From: Thermoproteota archaeon | Lineage (GTDB): Archaea > Thermoproteota > Thermoprotei > Gearchaeales > Gearchaeaceae | DNA: 15,394 nucleotides | Direction of reading: 5' to 3' | NCBI GenBank assembly: GCA_032249235.1 | Contig: JAVVGF010000011.1 | Location: 1 to 15,394, forward strand | Shown here: positions 1 to 7,968 of the stretch, piece by piece | How the letters are laid out: every line of letters begins with the position of its first letter | Position numbering within the stretch: position 1 is the stretch's first letter | The notes under the pieces: generated by a model | Database searches by the model: none | What the model saw: the letters and a program-made list of their open reading frames with translations, nothing else | Told to the model about the DNA's origin: nothing | Made by a program: the position numbers and the translations under genes

Positions 1-1071
1 ATATTTAGAATAGTTTTAGCTTTGTTCATAATCCAAGCTATAATATATATTTGGTTTATAGCTACACTAGCTACAGTTTCCCATCAAACCTTCATTACTG
101 CTTTCGATAATAAGCTTGGACATGGCGCATATCAAAATATACTAAATACAGCCAAAAGTCAAAATGTTGATTGGACCATCACGCTAGAAGGAACTTTTGT
201 AGGTATAGTTTATACAATGCTCAGTTACATAGGTTATGCGAATAGTGCATATTTTGCAGGTGAAGTTAAAGGAGATCCTAAATCTGCACAAGGTCTCGCC
301 ATATTTGCAGCCCCTATAATTTTTGCAGTTATCATCTATATCTTATACGCGGTTATATACAATACATTCGGTCATGATTTTTTAGTTGCCGCTTCTACAT
401 TAGCAATAAACGGAAATTCTGCATGGACATTGCCTGCAGCACCTTCTCCGGCTCATTTAGTTTCTATAATCAGTGATAATTTAGCATTCGTTATCGCTGT
501 TCCTTTAGGATTGATTTTAACATTTTTTGGCTTTGCATTAATCTATTTCTTCGTTCCAACAAGAAACATCTTTGCTTATGCCTTTGATAGAATCATACCT
601 ACGAAGATAGCAGAGGTTAATAAATACGGAGTACCTTGGATTGCGGTCATCATTTATGGTATCATTGCATACATTTCATTATATTTAACAGTTTATACCA
701 CTGTTTTTAGCTATCTTGCTTATTCAAATTTCGGTTGGTGGCTATCAGTAGCTATAGTAATGTTTGCAGGAGCTGCATTTCCATATCTAAAAAAGGATAT
801 ATTTGAAGTTTCTCCTTCTATCGTAAAGAAAAAAATAGCAAGAATTCCTGTTTTAACAATAGTAGGAGTTATAGGAGGTATTCTATCTCTATGGGTCTCC
901 TATTCAACTATACTTCCATCATTCACAGGAGCTCCTTTAAATCCATTCTATGTTGCGATATTGCTATTAGTTTATGTAATCGCTCTAATAATATTTGCAA
1001 TATCTTACTTCGTACAAAAATCTAGAGGAGTACCTATGGAATTGATTGGAAAAGAATTACCTCCTACTTAA
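1..1071 (+). CDS. APC-family amino acid/polyamine permease, 5'-truncated
   Basis: The frame is open from base 1 (ATA TTT AGA ATA GTT TTA GCT TTG), so TTG 22 is not the real start. Many TM helices, with APC motifs SYIGYANSAYFAGEVKGDP and RNIFAYAFDRIIP...VNKYGVP, and a C-terminal ELPPT typical of archaeal APC permeases. Confidence 0.88.
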   Translation: MFRIVLALFIIQAIIYIWFIATLATVSHQTFITAFDNKLGHGAYQNILNTAKSQNVDWTITLEGTFVGIVYTMLSYIGYANSAYFAGEVKGDPKSAQGLAIFAAPIIFAVIIYILYAVIYNTFGHDFLVAASTLAINGNSAWTLPAAPSPAHLVSIISDNLAFVIAVPLGLILTFFGFALIYFFVPTRNIFAYAFDRIIPTKIAEVNKYGVPWIAVIIYGIIAYISLYLTVYTTVFSYLAYSNFGWWLSVAIVMFAGAAFPYLKKDIFEVSPSIVKKKIARIPVLTIVGVIGGILSLWVSYSTILPSFTGAPLNPFYVAILLLVYVIALIIFAISYFVQKSRGVPMELIGKELPPT

Positions 1072-1080
1072 ATTAATTTT

Positions 1081-2034
1081 TTATCCTGAAGTAAACAAAA
1101 AGCCATTTAACTTATCTCTTGATATATCGAGAATTACTCCATTAAGAATTCCTATTGAATATTCGCTTCCCGGATTGAAACAATGCGTTTGTCCTATTTT
1201 TGTGTAACCTTTAGATTCGTGTATATGACCATGCAAGCCTATAAGAGGTTGGTATTTTTCGATAGCCTTTCTCACTGCAATACTCCCCACGTGAACGAAT
1301 TCAGGCTCGCCTCCTGGCGTGAGCACTGGTCTTAATTCCTTATCTAATTTTGGTGCAATGTCTAAATGAGTATTATAAGGAGGAACATGAATATTGAATA
1401 TTGATCGCTTCAATTCTCTTAAAGAATCAACTAGTCTATCTATTTTATCAGCCAAAACCTCTTCAGGAAGATCACCAGGGAGATTCCAAGGTGTAGGATT
1501 TGAATAGCCTAAACTTATCATTTCATGCTCTTCATCAATCCATACAACTTTTTCATTAGGATAAATTACATAACTCGAATTTTTCAATACTTCTTCGCAT
1601 ATAGGAGGATCGTCATTACCAATATTTATTATAACTTTTTTATTCAACGACTTTAATCTTACCTCCGCTAGCTTACACCATTGTTGAATGTTCTCTTTAA
1701 TAATTTCATTGAACATTCTTTCCATTTTTTGCTCGTCTTTTATCAGTAAATTCCATTCTTCTTCTTCAACTATTAAAGGATAATCTCCTTGAGCTCTAAT
1801 TGTTCTTTTAATCTCCTCTAGTTGTTTTTCATTTTCAGCTTTGAGAAAATTTCCTTTAACCTCAGCGAAGAAACTATTACCTTTCTTGAAAATAGGTATG
1901 ATAGCTTTCCCTGCTATGTCTCCTCCAATTATTAAAACCTGTGCATTGTATATTTTTGCAGCATTCAAAAATTTTAGGAATAATTTATCTGAACCATGAA
2001 TATCTGTAACGAAAAACACTCTTGTCTTGCTCAC
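1081..2034 (-). CDS. Calcineurin-like metallophosphoesterase (Icc-related, COG2129-like)
   Basis: Metal-ligand motifs TDIHG, GGDIAG, GNDD, HVPPY and LHGHIHE in the expected order. GTG start. Confidence 0.88.
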   Translation of the reverse strand: MSKTRVFFVTDIHGSDKLFLKFLNAAKIYNAQVLIIGGDIAGKAIIPIFKKGNSFFAEVKGNFLKAENEKQLEEIKRTIRAQGDYPLIVEEEEWNLLIKDEQKMERMFNEIIKENIQQWCKLAEVRLKSLNKKVIINIGNDDPPICEEVLKNSSYVIYPNEKVVWIDEEHEMISLGYSNPTPWNLPGDLPEEVLADKIDRLVDSLRELKRSIFNIHVPPYNTHLDIAPKLDKELRPVLTPGGEPEFVHVGSIAVRKAIEKYQPLIGLHGHIHESKGYTKIGQTHCFNPGSEYSIGILNGVILDISRDKLNGFLFTSG

Positions 2035-2089
2035 GGATTAATTAAATAATTTTACAATTAAATAAAAAATGTGATTCTTGAACCTTAAG

Positions 2090-2098
2090 CTTATTAAG
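2090..2098 (+). promoter_or_regulatory. Putative archaeal TATA box for the ABC-2 permease gene
   Basis: CTTATTAAG lies 24-32 nt upstream of ATG 2122, the spacing expected for a leaderless archaeal transcript. Confidence 0.45.
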
Positions 2099-2121
2099 AT
2101 GATTCTACAAAATCATGCATA

Positions 2122-2991
2122 ATGGAAAAGCAAAATCTAAGCTACTTTCATGGATTATGGGCTTTGACTAATAGAGAACTAAAGAAGTGGTATAAAGCGC
2201 CTGTAATCCTACTCCTTTCCTTATTCCAACCTATCATGTGGCTTTTATTATTCGGCAAATCAATGAATTTAGGCTCAATGTTTACCGGCTCAAGTTTAAA
2301 TATTCCTGGATTAAACGTACCGAAGGAACTAATTAATCAAATAGCGAATCAAATTCTAATGCAAAGATTTGGAACGACTGATTACTTTTCTTATCTAGCT
2401 GCAGGAATGGTTTCTTTCATAATGTTATTTACTGCTATGAGTAGCGGTATGACGATTGTATGGGATCGAAGATTAGGAGTATTGAATAAACTTTTAACAA
2501 CACCTGTTCCAAGAGCTACAATAGTATTTAGCAAGACTCTCTCTTCAGTTTTAAGAGCTTTAACTCAGGCTACAATAGTACTGCTTGCAGCGACTTTATT
2601 AGGTATGCAATTCAAGGCAGGTTTAACGGTAATAGATGTCCTCTTGGTATATTCTGCATTGTTTTTCATGGCTTTTGGTTTAGCTTCTTTATTCATTATG
2701 CTTGCATTAAGAGCCACAAGTTGGGAATCTCAAATGGCTATAATGAACCTTTTGAATCTACCTTTAATGTTCTCTAGCAATGCCTTTTATCCTATTGATA
2801 TCATGCCTTCATGGCTACAACCTGTAGCATATGTTAACCCAATAACTTATACTAATGATGTTGTAAGACAACTTTTGATAGGAACTACAGGCATAAATAC
2901 CATTACATTTGACTTTATGTATTTAATGTCTTTCGGAACAATTCTTACAGTAATTGGAATGATTTTATCTTGGAGATATTTAAGTAAATAG
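2122..2991 (+). CDS. ABC-2 type exporter permease (DrrB-like)
   Basis: RELKKWYK...QPIMWLLLFG, YFSYLAAG, WDRRLGVLNKLLTTPV, FSSNAFYPIDIMPSWLQPVAYVNPITY, with about 6 TM helices. Confidence 0.9.
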   Translation: MEKQNLSYFHGLWALTNRELKKWYKAPVILLLSLFQPIMWLLLFGKSMNLGSMFTGSSLNIPGLNVPKELINQIANQILMQRFGTTDYFSYLAAGMVSFIMLFTAMSSGMTIVWDRRLGVLNKLLTTPVPRATIVFSKTLSSVLRALTQATIVLLAATLLGMQFKAGLTVIDVLLVYSALFFMAFGLASLFIMLALRATSWESQMAIMNLLNLPLMFSSNAFYPIDIMPSWLQPVAYVNPITYTNDVVRQLLIGTTGINTITFDFMYLMSFGTILTVIGMILSWRYLSK

Positions 2992-3023
2992 TTTTAAAAT
3001 ATAAAATTTTATAAAAATAATAA

Positions 3024-3905
3024 CTAATAAATCTTATAATAGTTGCCTATTAAAATGCCTATAATGTATAATATACCAAAATATAATGTAAGATTTGCTA
3101 CAATAGGATCTGCGTTTACAGGAATTTCTTTTTCAAATTTTTTGATTATTTTATAAGCTTGATATATGGAAATAAAAGATAATATTGCGAAAAATTCGCC
3201 CAAGTATGCTACTACTCCTGCTATAACATAACAAGTTACTAATAAAATTTTGAACAAATTCAAGGCTTTTCTTCTACCTAAAATTATTGGAATTGTTTTT
3301 ATTCCTGCTTGCATATCATATTCTATATCTCGTAAATTATTAGCCATTAAAACTAACGCAACCAATATGCCAATAGGAATGCTTGCTATGAGAACAATAA
3401 AGCTGGCCTTTAAAGTTAGGACATAATATGTTCCTAAAACCATGAAAGGGCCCCATATTAATGCAACGAAAGGTTCACCTAACGCTTTATATTTTAAAGA
3501 TAATTGAGGTAATGTATAAAGTACGCTTACAAGTAAACCAATGAATAATAGAAGTATAACAATAGCGTTTCTAATTAAATATAAGTAAAAAGCGATAGCG
3601 ATGACTAAGGCATATAGCATAAATATCGCAGATAAAAAAGATGAACGACTTATTTCGCCAAATAAATAAGGATGGGGTCTATATTTAGAAGTTGGAGCTC
3701 CTTCTTTATCGACCTTAGTTTTAACATCGAAGTAATCGTTAATCATATTTGTAGCTGCATGAGCTATAATGAGACCGATGAGCGAGATTGAATATATAAA
3801 TGCATTGAACTCATTCAAGGCAAATGATGCTCCTAATGCTGAAGATATTACTGTCATTACAAATGACCATGGTCTTGTAGCCAGAAACCAAGCTTTTAGT
3901 TTCAT
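3024..3905 (-). CDS. menA: UbiA-family prenyltransferase, MenA/UBIAD1 type (1,4-dihydroxy-2-naphthoate polyprenyltransferase-like)
   Basis: ATRPWSF, HAATNMINDYFD, YKALGE and ANNLRDIEYD..AGIKT motifs. Start moved to ATG 3905, which forms an ATGA overlap with the upstream stop at 3902-3904. Exact substrate unproven. Confidence 0.82.
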   Translation of the reverse strand: MKLKAWFLATRPWSFVMTVISSALGASFALNEFNAFIYSISLIGLIIAHAATNMINDYFDVKTKVDKEGAPTSKYRPHPYLFGEISRSSFLSAIFMLYALVIAIAFYLYLIRNAIVILLLFIGLLVSVLYTLPQLSLKYKALGEPFVALIWGPFMVLGTYYVLTLKASFIVLIASIPIGILVALVLMANNLRDIEYDMQAGIKTIPIILGRRKALNLFKILLVTCYVIAGVVAYLGEFFAILSFISIYQAYKIIKKFEKEIPVNADPIVANLTLYFGILYIIGILIGNYYKIY

Positions 3906-4489
3906 GTTAAAGGAAATATTACGAAAACTAGTTCCGTCCACGTTATATGTGATGCGATGACTGCTAATAAAGATTTACTCCAGTTATATAAAAAGCCCCA
4001 TAAAATACCCATGACAAATGCAACAAATATGAGAGGTATATTTAAAGATGATATATGCACAGATGAATAGATTATCGAAGTTATTAACACAGATTTATAA
4101 AAGCCATAAGAATGCAAAAGCGAATTCTGCACATAACCTCTCCAAAAAATCTCTTCACAAGAACTCGTAAAAATTAAAATAATGAAGATTATGGTAGGTT
4201 CAATTCCTACTGAAAGATTATAAACCGATTTTGCACCTTCGTATACAAGTTTTTGGAAAATATAGAAACCAAAATAAAGTAGTATATAAAAAATAAAACC
4301 AGATAATAAACCTATAAGTAAAAATTTTAAATTAGGTTTAGAAAACTTAATATTTTTTAAATTAAATAAAGCAATTATAAGCAAGATTATTGATGAAATT
4401 AGTAGTCTAATCCAAAAATTGAAAATTTCCACCCTAAATAAGAAGAACCAAATAATAAATGCAATCAATATTGAATATTTTAGCTTCAC
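3902..4489 (-). CDS. CPBP (type II CAAX / Rce1 / Abi) family intramembrane metalloprotease
   Basis: EEIFWRG motif, followed by YSSVH and IASHITW in TM helices. GTG start overlaps the upstream stop (GTGA, 4486-4489). Confidence 0.87.
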   Translation of the reverse strand: MKLKYSILIAFIIWFFLFRVEIFNFWIRLLISSIILLIIALFNLKNIKFSKPNLKFLLIGLLSGFIFYILLYFGFYIFQKLVYEGAKSVYNLSVGIEPTIIFIILIFTSSCEEIFWRGYVQNSLLHSYGFYKSVLITSIIYSSVHISSLNIPLIFVAFVMGILWGFLYNWSKSLLAVIASHITWTELVFVIFPLT

Positions 4490-5481
4490 CTTGAAAAAGT
4501 CTTAATAGCTTCCTCTATTTTTCCTACAGGTGAAATTATAAAAGTATCGTATCCTATTTTAAAGAAACTCTCGAATCTTGAAAGAGCATTTTCTTTACTA
4601 CCTGTTGCAGTTAAAGCCAAAACCATTTCATCACTTACAAGCTTTGAAGCAAAACTTAAATCTCTTCTCATCCATGCCTCTCTAATTTCTTTCATTTTAT
4701 CAATTTTAACTCCATACTCAACTAAACTTTCTTCCTTTACAACATCAGCGAGTTGATATAAGAAATAAGGATCTCGTTTAACAGCTTCTATTGCTTCTCT
4801 ATCATTTTCATCAACTGAAACTAACACATAACATGCTTTGATTATTTTTTTATTGTATTTTTCTTCTCCTTTTTTAACCCAATTCAGCATTCTCTCGATA
4901 TCCTTAGGTGTCATGACACCTGGAGATGTTATCACTCCATCTGCAAATGAAGGCGCATAACTAAGCGTTTTCTCACTGAGAGAGGCTATATAGATGGGTA
5001 TGTATTTAGTTGGTTTAGTGAATAAAGCAAATCCGTTAATTCTATAAAATTTTCCTTCATAATGTACTCTTTCTCCATTAGTTAGTGCTTTTATTATTTT
5101 GACAGCCTCTGCTATTCTTTTCAAAGGTTTGGTCTCTTTTACAGGATGTATTGGATATCCTATTAAAGGAAGCCAAGGAAAACCTCCCAGACCTAATCCT
5201 AGAATGAATCTACCTCTAGACAAATTTTGTAACGTTATTGCAGAAGAGGCAATCATAATAGGATGTCTTGTTATAACGCTAGTACAACCGATACCAAGTT
5301 TTATTTTCTTATTTAACTGAGATAGTATTGCAATTATAGCAAAACTATCTCCATATATGGGATTTTCATGTACCCAAAACGTATCATAGTTTAAATTATC
5401 TGCAAGTTCAACTAGATTTAAGAGTCTTTCTAATTGTATAAGCCCCACAGGTATAGATAAGCCAAAGCTTATACTAGCCAT
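4486..5481 (-). CDS. Luciferase-like (LLM) flavin/F420-dependent oxidoreductase, Mer-like
   Basis: YDTFWVHE, IKLGIGCTSVITRHP, LSRGRFILGLGLG, YEGKFY, IPIYIA and FADGVI motifs of the bacterial luciferase TIM-barrel family. Confidence 0.87.
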   Translation of the reverse strand: MASISFGLSIPVGLIQLERLLNLVELADNLNYDTFWVHENPIYGDSFAIIAILSQLNKKIKLGIGCTSVITRHPIMIASSAITLQNLSRGRFILGLGLGGFPWLPLIGYPIHPVKETKPLKRIAEAVKIIKALTNGERVHYEGKFYRINGFALFTKPTKYIPIYIASLSEKTLSYAPSFADGVITSPGVMTPKDIERMLNWVKKGEEKYNKKIIKACYVLVSVDENDREAIEAVKRDPYFLYQLADVVKEESLVEYGVKIDKMKEIREAWMRRDLSFASKLVSDEMVLALTATGSKENALSRFESFFKIGYDTFIISPVGKIEEAIKTFSR

Positions 5482-5503
5482 ACTATTCTTCTAATATTTC
5501 GTG

Positions 5504-5517
5504 CTAATAAATTTTGC
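5504..5517 (-). promoter_or_regulatory. Putative BRE/TATA promoter of the LLM-CPBP-menA operon
   Basis: The minus strand reads GCAAAA-TTTATTAG, with the TATA box 23-30 nt upstream of ATG 5481. Confidence 0.5.
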
Positions 5518-5582
5518 CATAATTTTAATTAGAAAATGTAACTTTATCAAATTAGTATAATAAATTTTGTTTTACTTAGGCA

Positions 5583-6581
5583 TTATTTTTCAATTAATAA
5601 TCTTTTTTTGCCTTCAGATCTAATTTTTAAAAATGTTTCACCATCTATATTTTTTACTTCAATTCCATATTTTTTAAAAGAATCTATTTCAAAATTATAT
5701 TCTGTATAAATTCCCATTTTATTAAGCAATGAATTTGCTTCTTCTAAGGAATTTGCTTCTTTGACTACTTCTGAAAGTATATTTATCGATGCAACTTTAA
5801 TTGGATCAAGGAAAAACATTACAGAAGATGTTGGCGTTACAAATACCTTTCTCGTTCTCTTCCTTATTTCAACTTCGCCGTAATAACCAAGAAATGCATC
5901 TAAAGGTATTTTTGATGCCTCACTTTCAGCTTCTTTTAAAACATTCTTAACTATTTCAGCAGTCTCGATATCATAACCTTTTATGTCAATTAGTCCTTCC
6001 ATTTTAGCTATTTCACTAATTCTCTTTAAGAAATCTTCATGACTTATTTCGCCGTCGCTTCCACACCCTATAACGCCTATGATAACATTGAAACCGTATT
6101 GCTTTAATTTAAGCATAGTAGCTAAAGAAATCGCATCAACAAGAGGGCTGATTAAAGATTCTTCATTCCCTCTCGCTAATACATCTCCTCCTGCATCTAC
6201 ACCAATTATTAACTTAATGTTTTCTTTTTCTGCAAATTCCTTAATACAAAGAGCTAAATGATTAGGTCCTAGCTTATTATTCAAAGCAATTCCATTTTCA
6301 ATCTCCAACGCTTTAATTACTTTGACTAAAGTAGGAATTACTACTTGGTTTGCTCTTATTGCATAGCTTTTCTCATTGAGTAAATAAATGCAATCATTGA
6401 ATTTTACAGCGTTTCTTAAATCCTCAAAATTTATTGGTCCAGGAACAGGATCGATTACATATCTTTCCCAAATAATAGAGCCTAGAATTGTTTCATAACC
6501 AAGTTTTTTATAATAGTTCATTGCAAGTATTGCAGAAATACAATCACCTGCTCCTCCAGCTCCAAATATTAAAGCTTTCAT
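5583..6581 (-). CDS. DUF1152-family protein (function unknown)
   Basis: GAGGAGD, WERYVIDPVPGP, GVDAGGD, SPLVDA, GCGSDGE and SEAS motifs. Start moved to ATG 6581 (MKALIFG), 7 nt after the nitrilase stop, because the longer TTG start overlaps that gene. Confidence 0.8.
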   Translation of the reverse strand: MKALIFGAGGAGDCISAILAMNYYKKLGYETILGSIIWERYVIDPVPGPINFEDLRNAVKFNDCIYLLNEKSYAIRANQVVIPTLVKVIKALEIENGIALNNKLGPNHLALCIKEFAEKENIKLIIGVDAGGDVLARGNEESLISPLVDAISLATMLKLKQYGFNVIIGVIGCGSDGEISHEDFLKRISEIAKMEGLIDIKGYDIETAEIVKNVLKEAESEASKIPLDAFLGYYGEVEIRKRTRKVFVTPTSSVMFFLDPIKVASINILSEVVKEANSLEEANSLLNKMGIYTEYNFEIDSFKKYGIEVKNIDGETFLKIRSEGKKRLLIEK

Positions 6582-6588
6582 TACGAAG

Positions 6589-7350
6589 TCATTTTGTAAG
6601 AATTGGTGAATAAGTAGAAACTCTCCTAGCGGCAAGTCTTTCTTTTCTAAATTTTTCAACTTTTTTAGGATCTATATCAACTACAATAAATCCTTCTTCA
6701 CTTCCTAATTCTTTATATATAAAAGGTATTACAACATCTTCTTCTATCTTAAAATCAACAACGAAACTATTCCCTAAAAACATAGGCGGAAGCAAGGCAT
6801 TAATAGTAGCTATGTGAACTCTATTCTCTAAAGCCCTTGTTAAGACATATAATTTCCATGGATCAAAACCTTTTTGCTTTATTCTTGCAGGAGCAAATAT
6901 TAACTCTGCACCTTTCAATACTAATATTCTTACAGCTTCAGGATATACAAGGTCATGACATATTGAAATAGCTATCCTTGTATCCTTGAAATTAAAAACG
7001 TTGTATTCATCACCAGGCACAGCGACTTCTTTTTCTGCACCAAATAAATGAATTTTCCTTTGACTTCCAATAATCTCACCGCTCTCATCTATAAGGAAGC
7101 TAGCAACTTCAGTAATTTCTTTATTTTTTATATAATTACCCCCTGTTATTATAGATATTCCATACTTTTTTGCAGAATCTGAAAGTTGTTTTAATATCTC
7201 ATCGAAATTATAAGAGATTATCCAATGCTCAGGTAAACATGCGATTTCTGCTTTTTCTTTGCTTGCTTCTTCAATGAGCTTCATTACTCTTTTCAAAACT
7301 TCCTCTTTATCCCCCTTTGAATTAGGCTGAATAAGAGCTATTCTAAGCAT
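6589..7350 (-). CDS. Carbon-nitrogen hydrolase (nitrilase/amidase superfamily)
   Basis: Glu-Lys-Cys triad in CLPEHW, RKIHLF and ICHDLVYPE, plus RALEN. Confidence 0.9.
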   Translation of the reverse strand: MLRIALIQPNSKGDKEEVLKRVMKLIEEASKEKAEIACLPEHWIISYNFDEILKQLSDSAKKYGISIITGGNYIKNKEITEVASFLIDESGEIIGSQRKIHLFGAEKEVAVPGDEYNVFNFKDTRIAISICHDLVYPEAVRILVLKGAELIFAPARIKQKGFDPWKLYVLTRALENRVHIATINALLPPMFLGNSFVVDFKIEEDVVIPFIYKELGSEEGFIVVDIDPKKVEKFRKERLAARRVSTYSPILTK

Positions 7351-7364
7351 TAATCATTGAATGA

Positions 7365-7766
7365 TCATACTTTTATATATTTACTCAAAGCTGTTCTCCA
7401 CTCTTCTGGAATTTCTAATGGTTTCCTTTCGTTGTTAGCTAGAACATCTTTTACGTAACCTTCCGCTGCCTCTCTACCATCTTCTTTAAAAATTAAATGT
7501 CTATATGTTATACTTGTTTTACCTATTCTCTCAATCCACGTCTTTATCGTTATTTGCTCATCAAATTCTAAAGGTAGCAAGTATTTGCAACTTGCTTCTG
7601 CACATAAGAAGACCCAACCTTTTTTCTCCATTTCTCTTTGATTTATACCAGCTTCTCTAAGTAATTCGATCCTTGCAACATCGAAATAAACAAAATAATT
7701 TGCATAGTATACAATTTTTAAGCAATCTGTTTCTGATAACCTAACTCGTAATTTACATTGATGCAT
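7365..7766 (-). CDS. Acyl-CoA thioesterase, 4HBT/YbgC-FadM hotdog family
   Basis: VRLSETD..IVYYANYFVYFDVAR motif and IGKTSITY. 133 aa. Confidence 0.88.
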   Translation of the reverse strand: MHQCKLRVRLSETDCLKIVYYANYFVYFDVARIELLREAGINQREMEKKGWVFLCAEASCKYLLPLEFDEQITIKTWIERIGKTSITYRHLIFKEDGREAAEGYVKDVLANNERKPLEIPEEWRTALSKYIKV

Positions 7767-7786
7767 ATTCTATTAACGGATTCACC

Positions 7787-7800
7787 TTTTTAAATTTAGC
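7787..7800 (-). promoter_or_regulatory. Putative BRE/TATA promoter of the thioesterase-nitrilase-DUF1152 operon
   Basis: The minus strand reads GCTAAA-TTTAAAAA, with the TATA box 21-28 nt upstream of ATG 7766. Confidence 0.45.
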
Positions 7801-7932
7801 AAGAATAAATGGTTCAATATTATCTATATTTATTTATTAATATCTATATGAAGGTTTATGAATATAATAGATTTAGCCTTATATTTATTTTTAAACGCTT
7901 TTTATATATAGAAATATATAAATAACATAAAA

Positions 7933-7946
7933 AATAAATTTATATA
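7933..7946 (+). promoter_or_regulatory. Putative BRE/TATA promoter of the binding protein-permease operon
   Basis: AATAAA followed by a consensus TTTATATA (7939-7946), 23-30 nt upstream of ATG 7969. Confidence 0.55.
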
Positions 7947-7968
7947 TCCAAATAGATAAAAATGATAT

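Noticed and set aside
3906-3941. N-terminal extensions in the ORF track for menA (start 3941), DUF1152 (6659) and livM (10134)
   Set aside because: Each overlaps the upstream gene substantially. Downstream ATGs at 3905, 6581 and 10209 give family-typical N-termini and tight coupling to the upstream stop.
3769-3960. 63-aa + strand ORF
   Set aside because: Antisense shadow of the menA/CPBP junction, with no recognisable motif.
4486-5481. Calling the LLM gene mer (methylene-H4MPT reductase)
   Set aside because: Only family-level similarity, with no methanopterin or C1 pathway genes nearby.
5099-6261. + strand ORFs 5099..5320 and 6079..6261
   Set aside because: Both lie wholly antisense within well-supported genes and have the Ser/Ile/Phe-rich composition of shadow ORFs.
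7353-7365. Palindrome ATCATT-G-AATGAT in the thioesterase-nitrilase gap
   Set aside because: Too short and AT-rich to form a stable hairpin, and there is no independent sign of an internal promoter. Probably chance.
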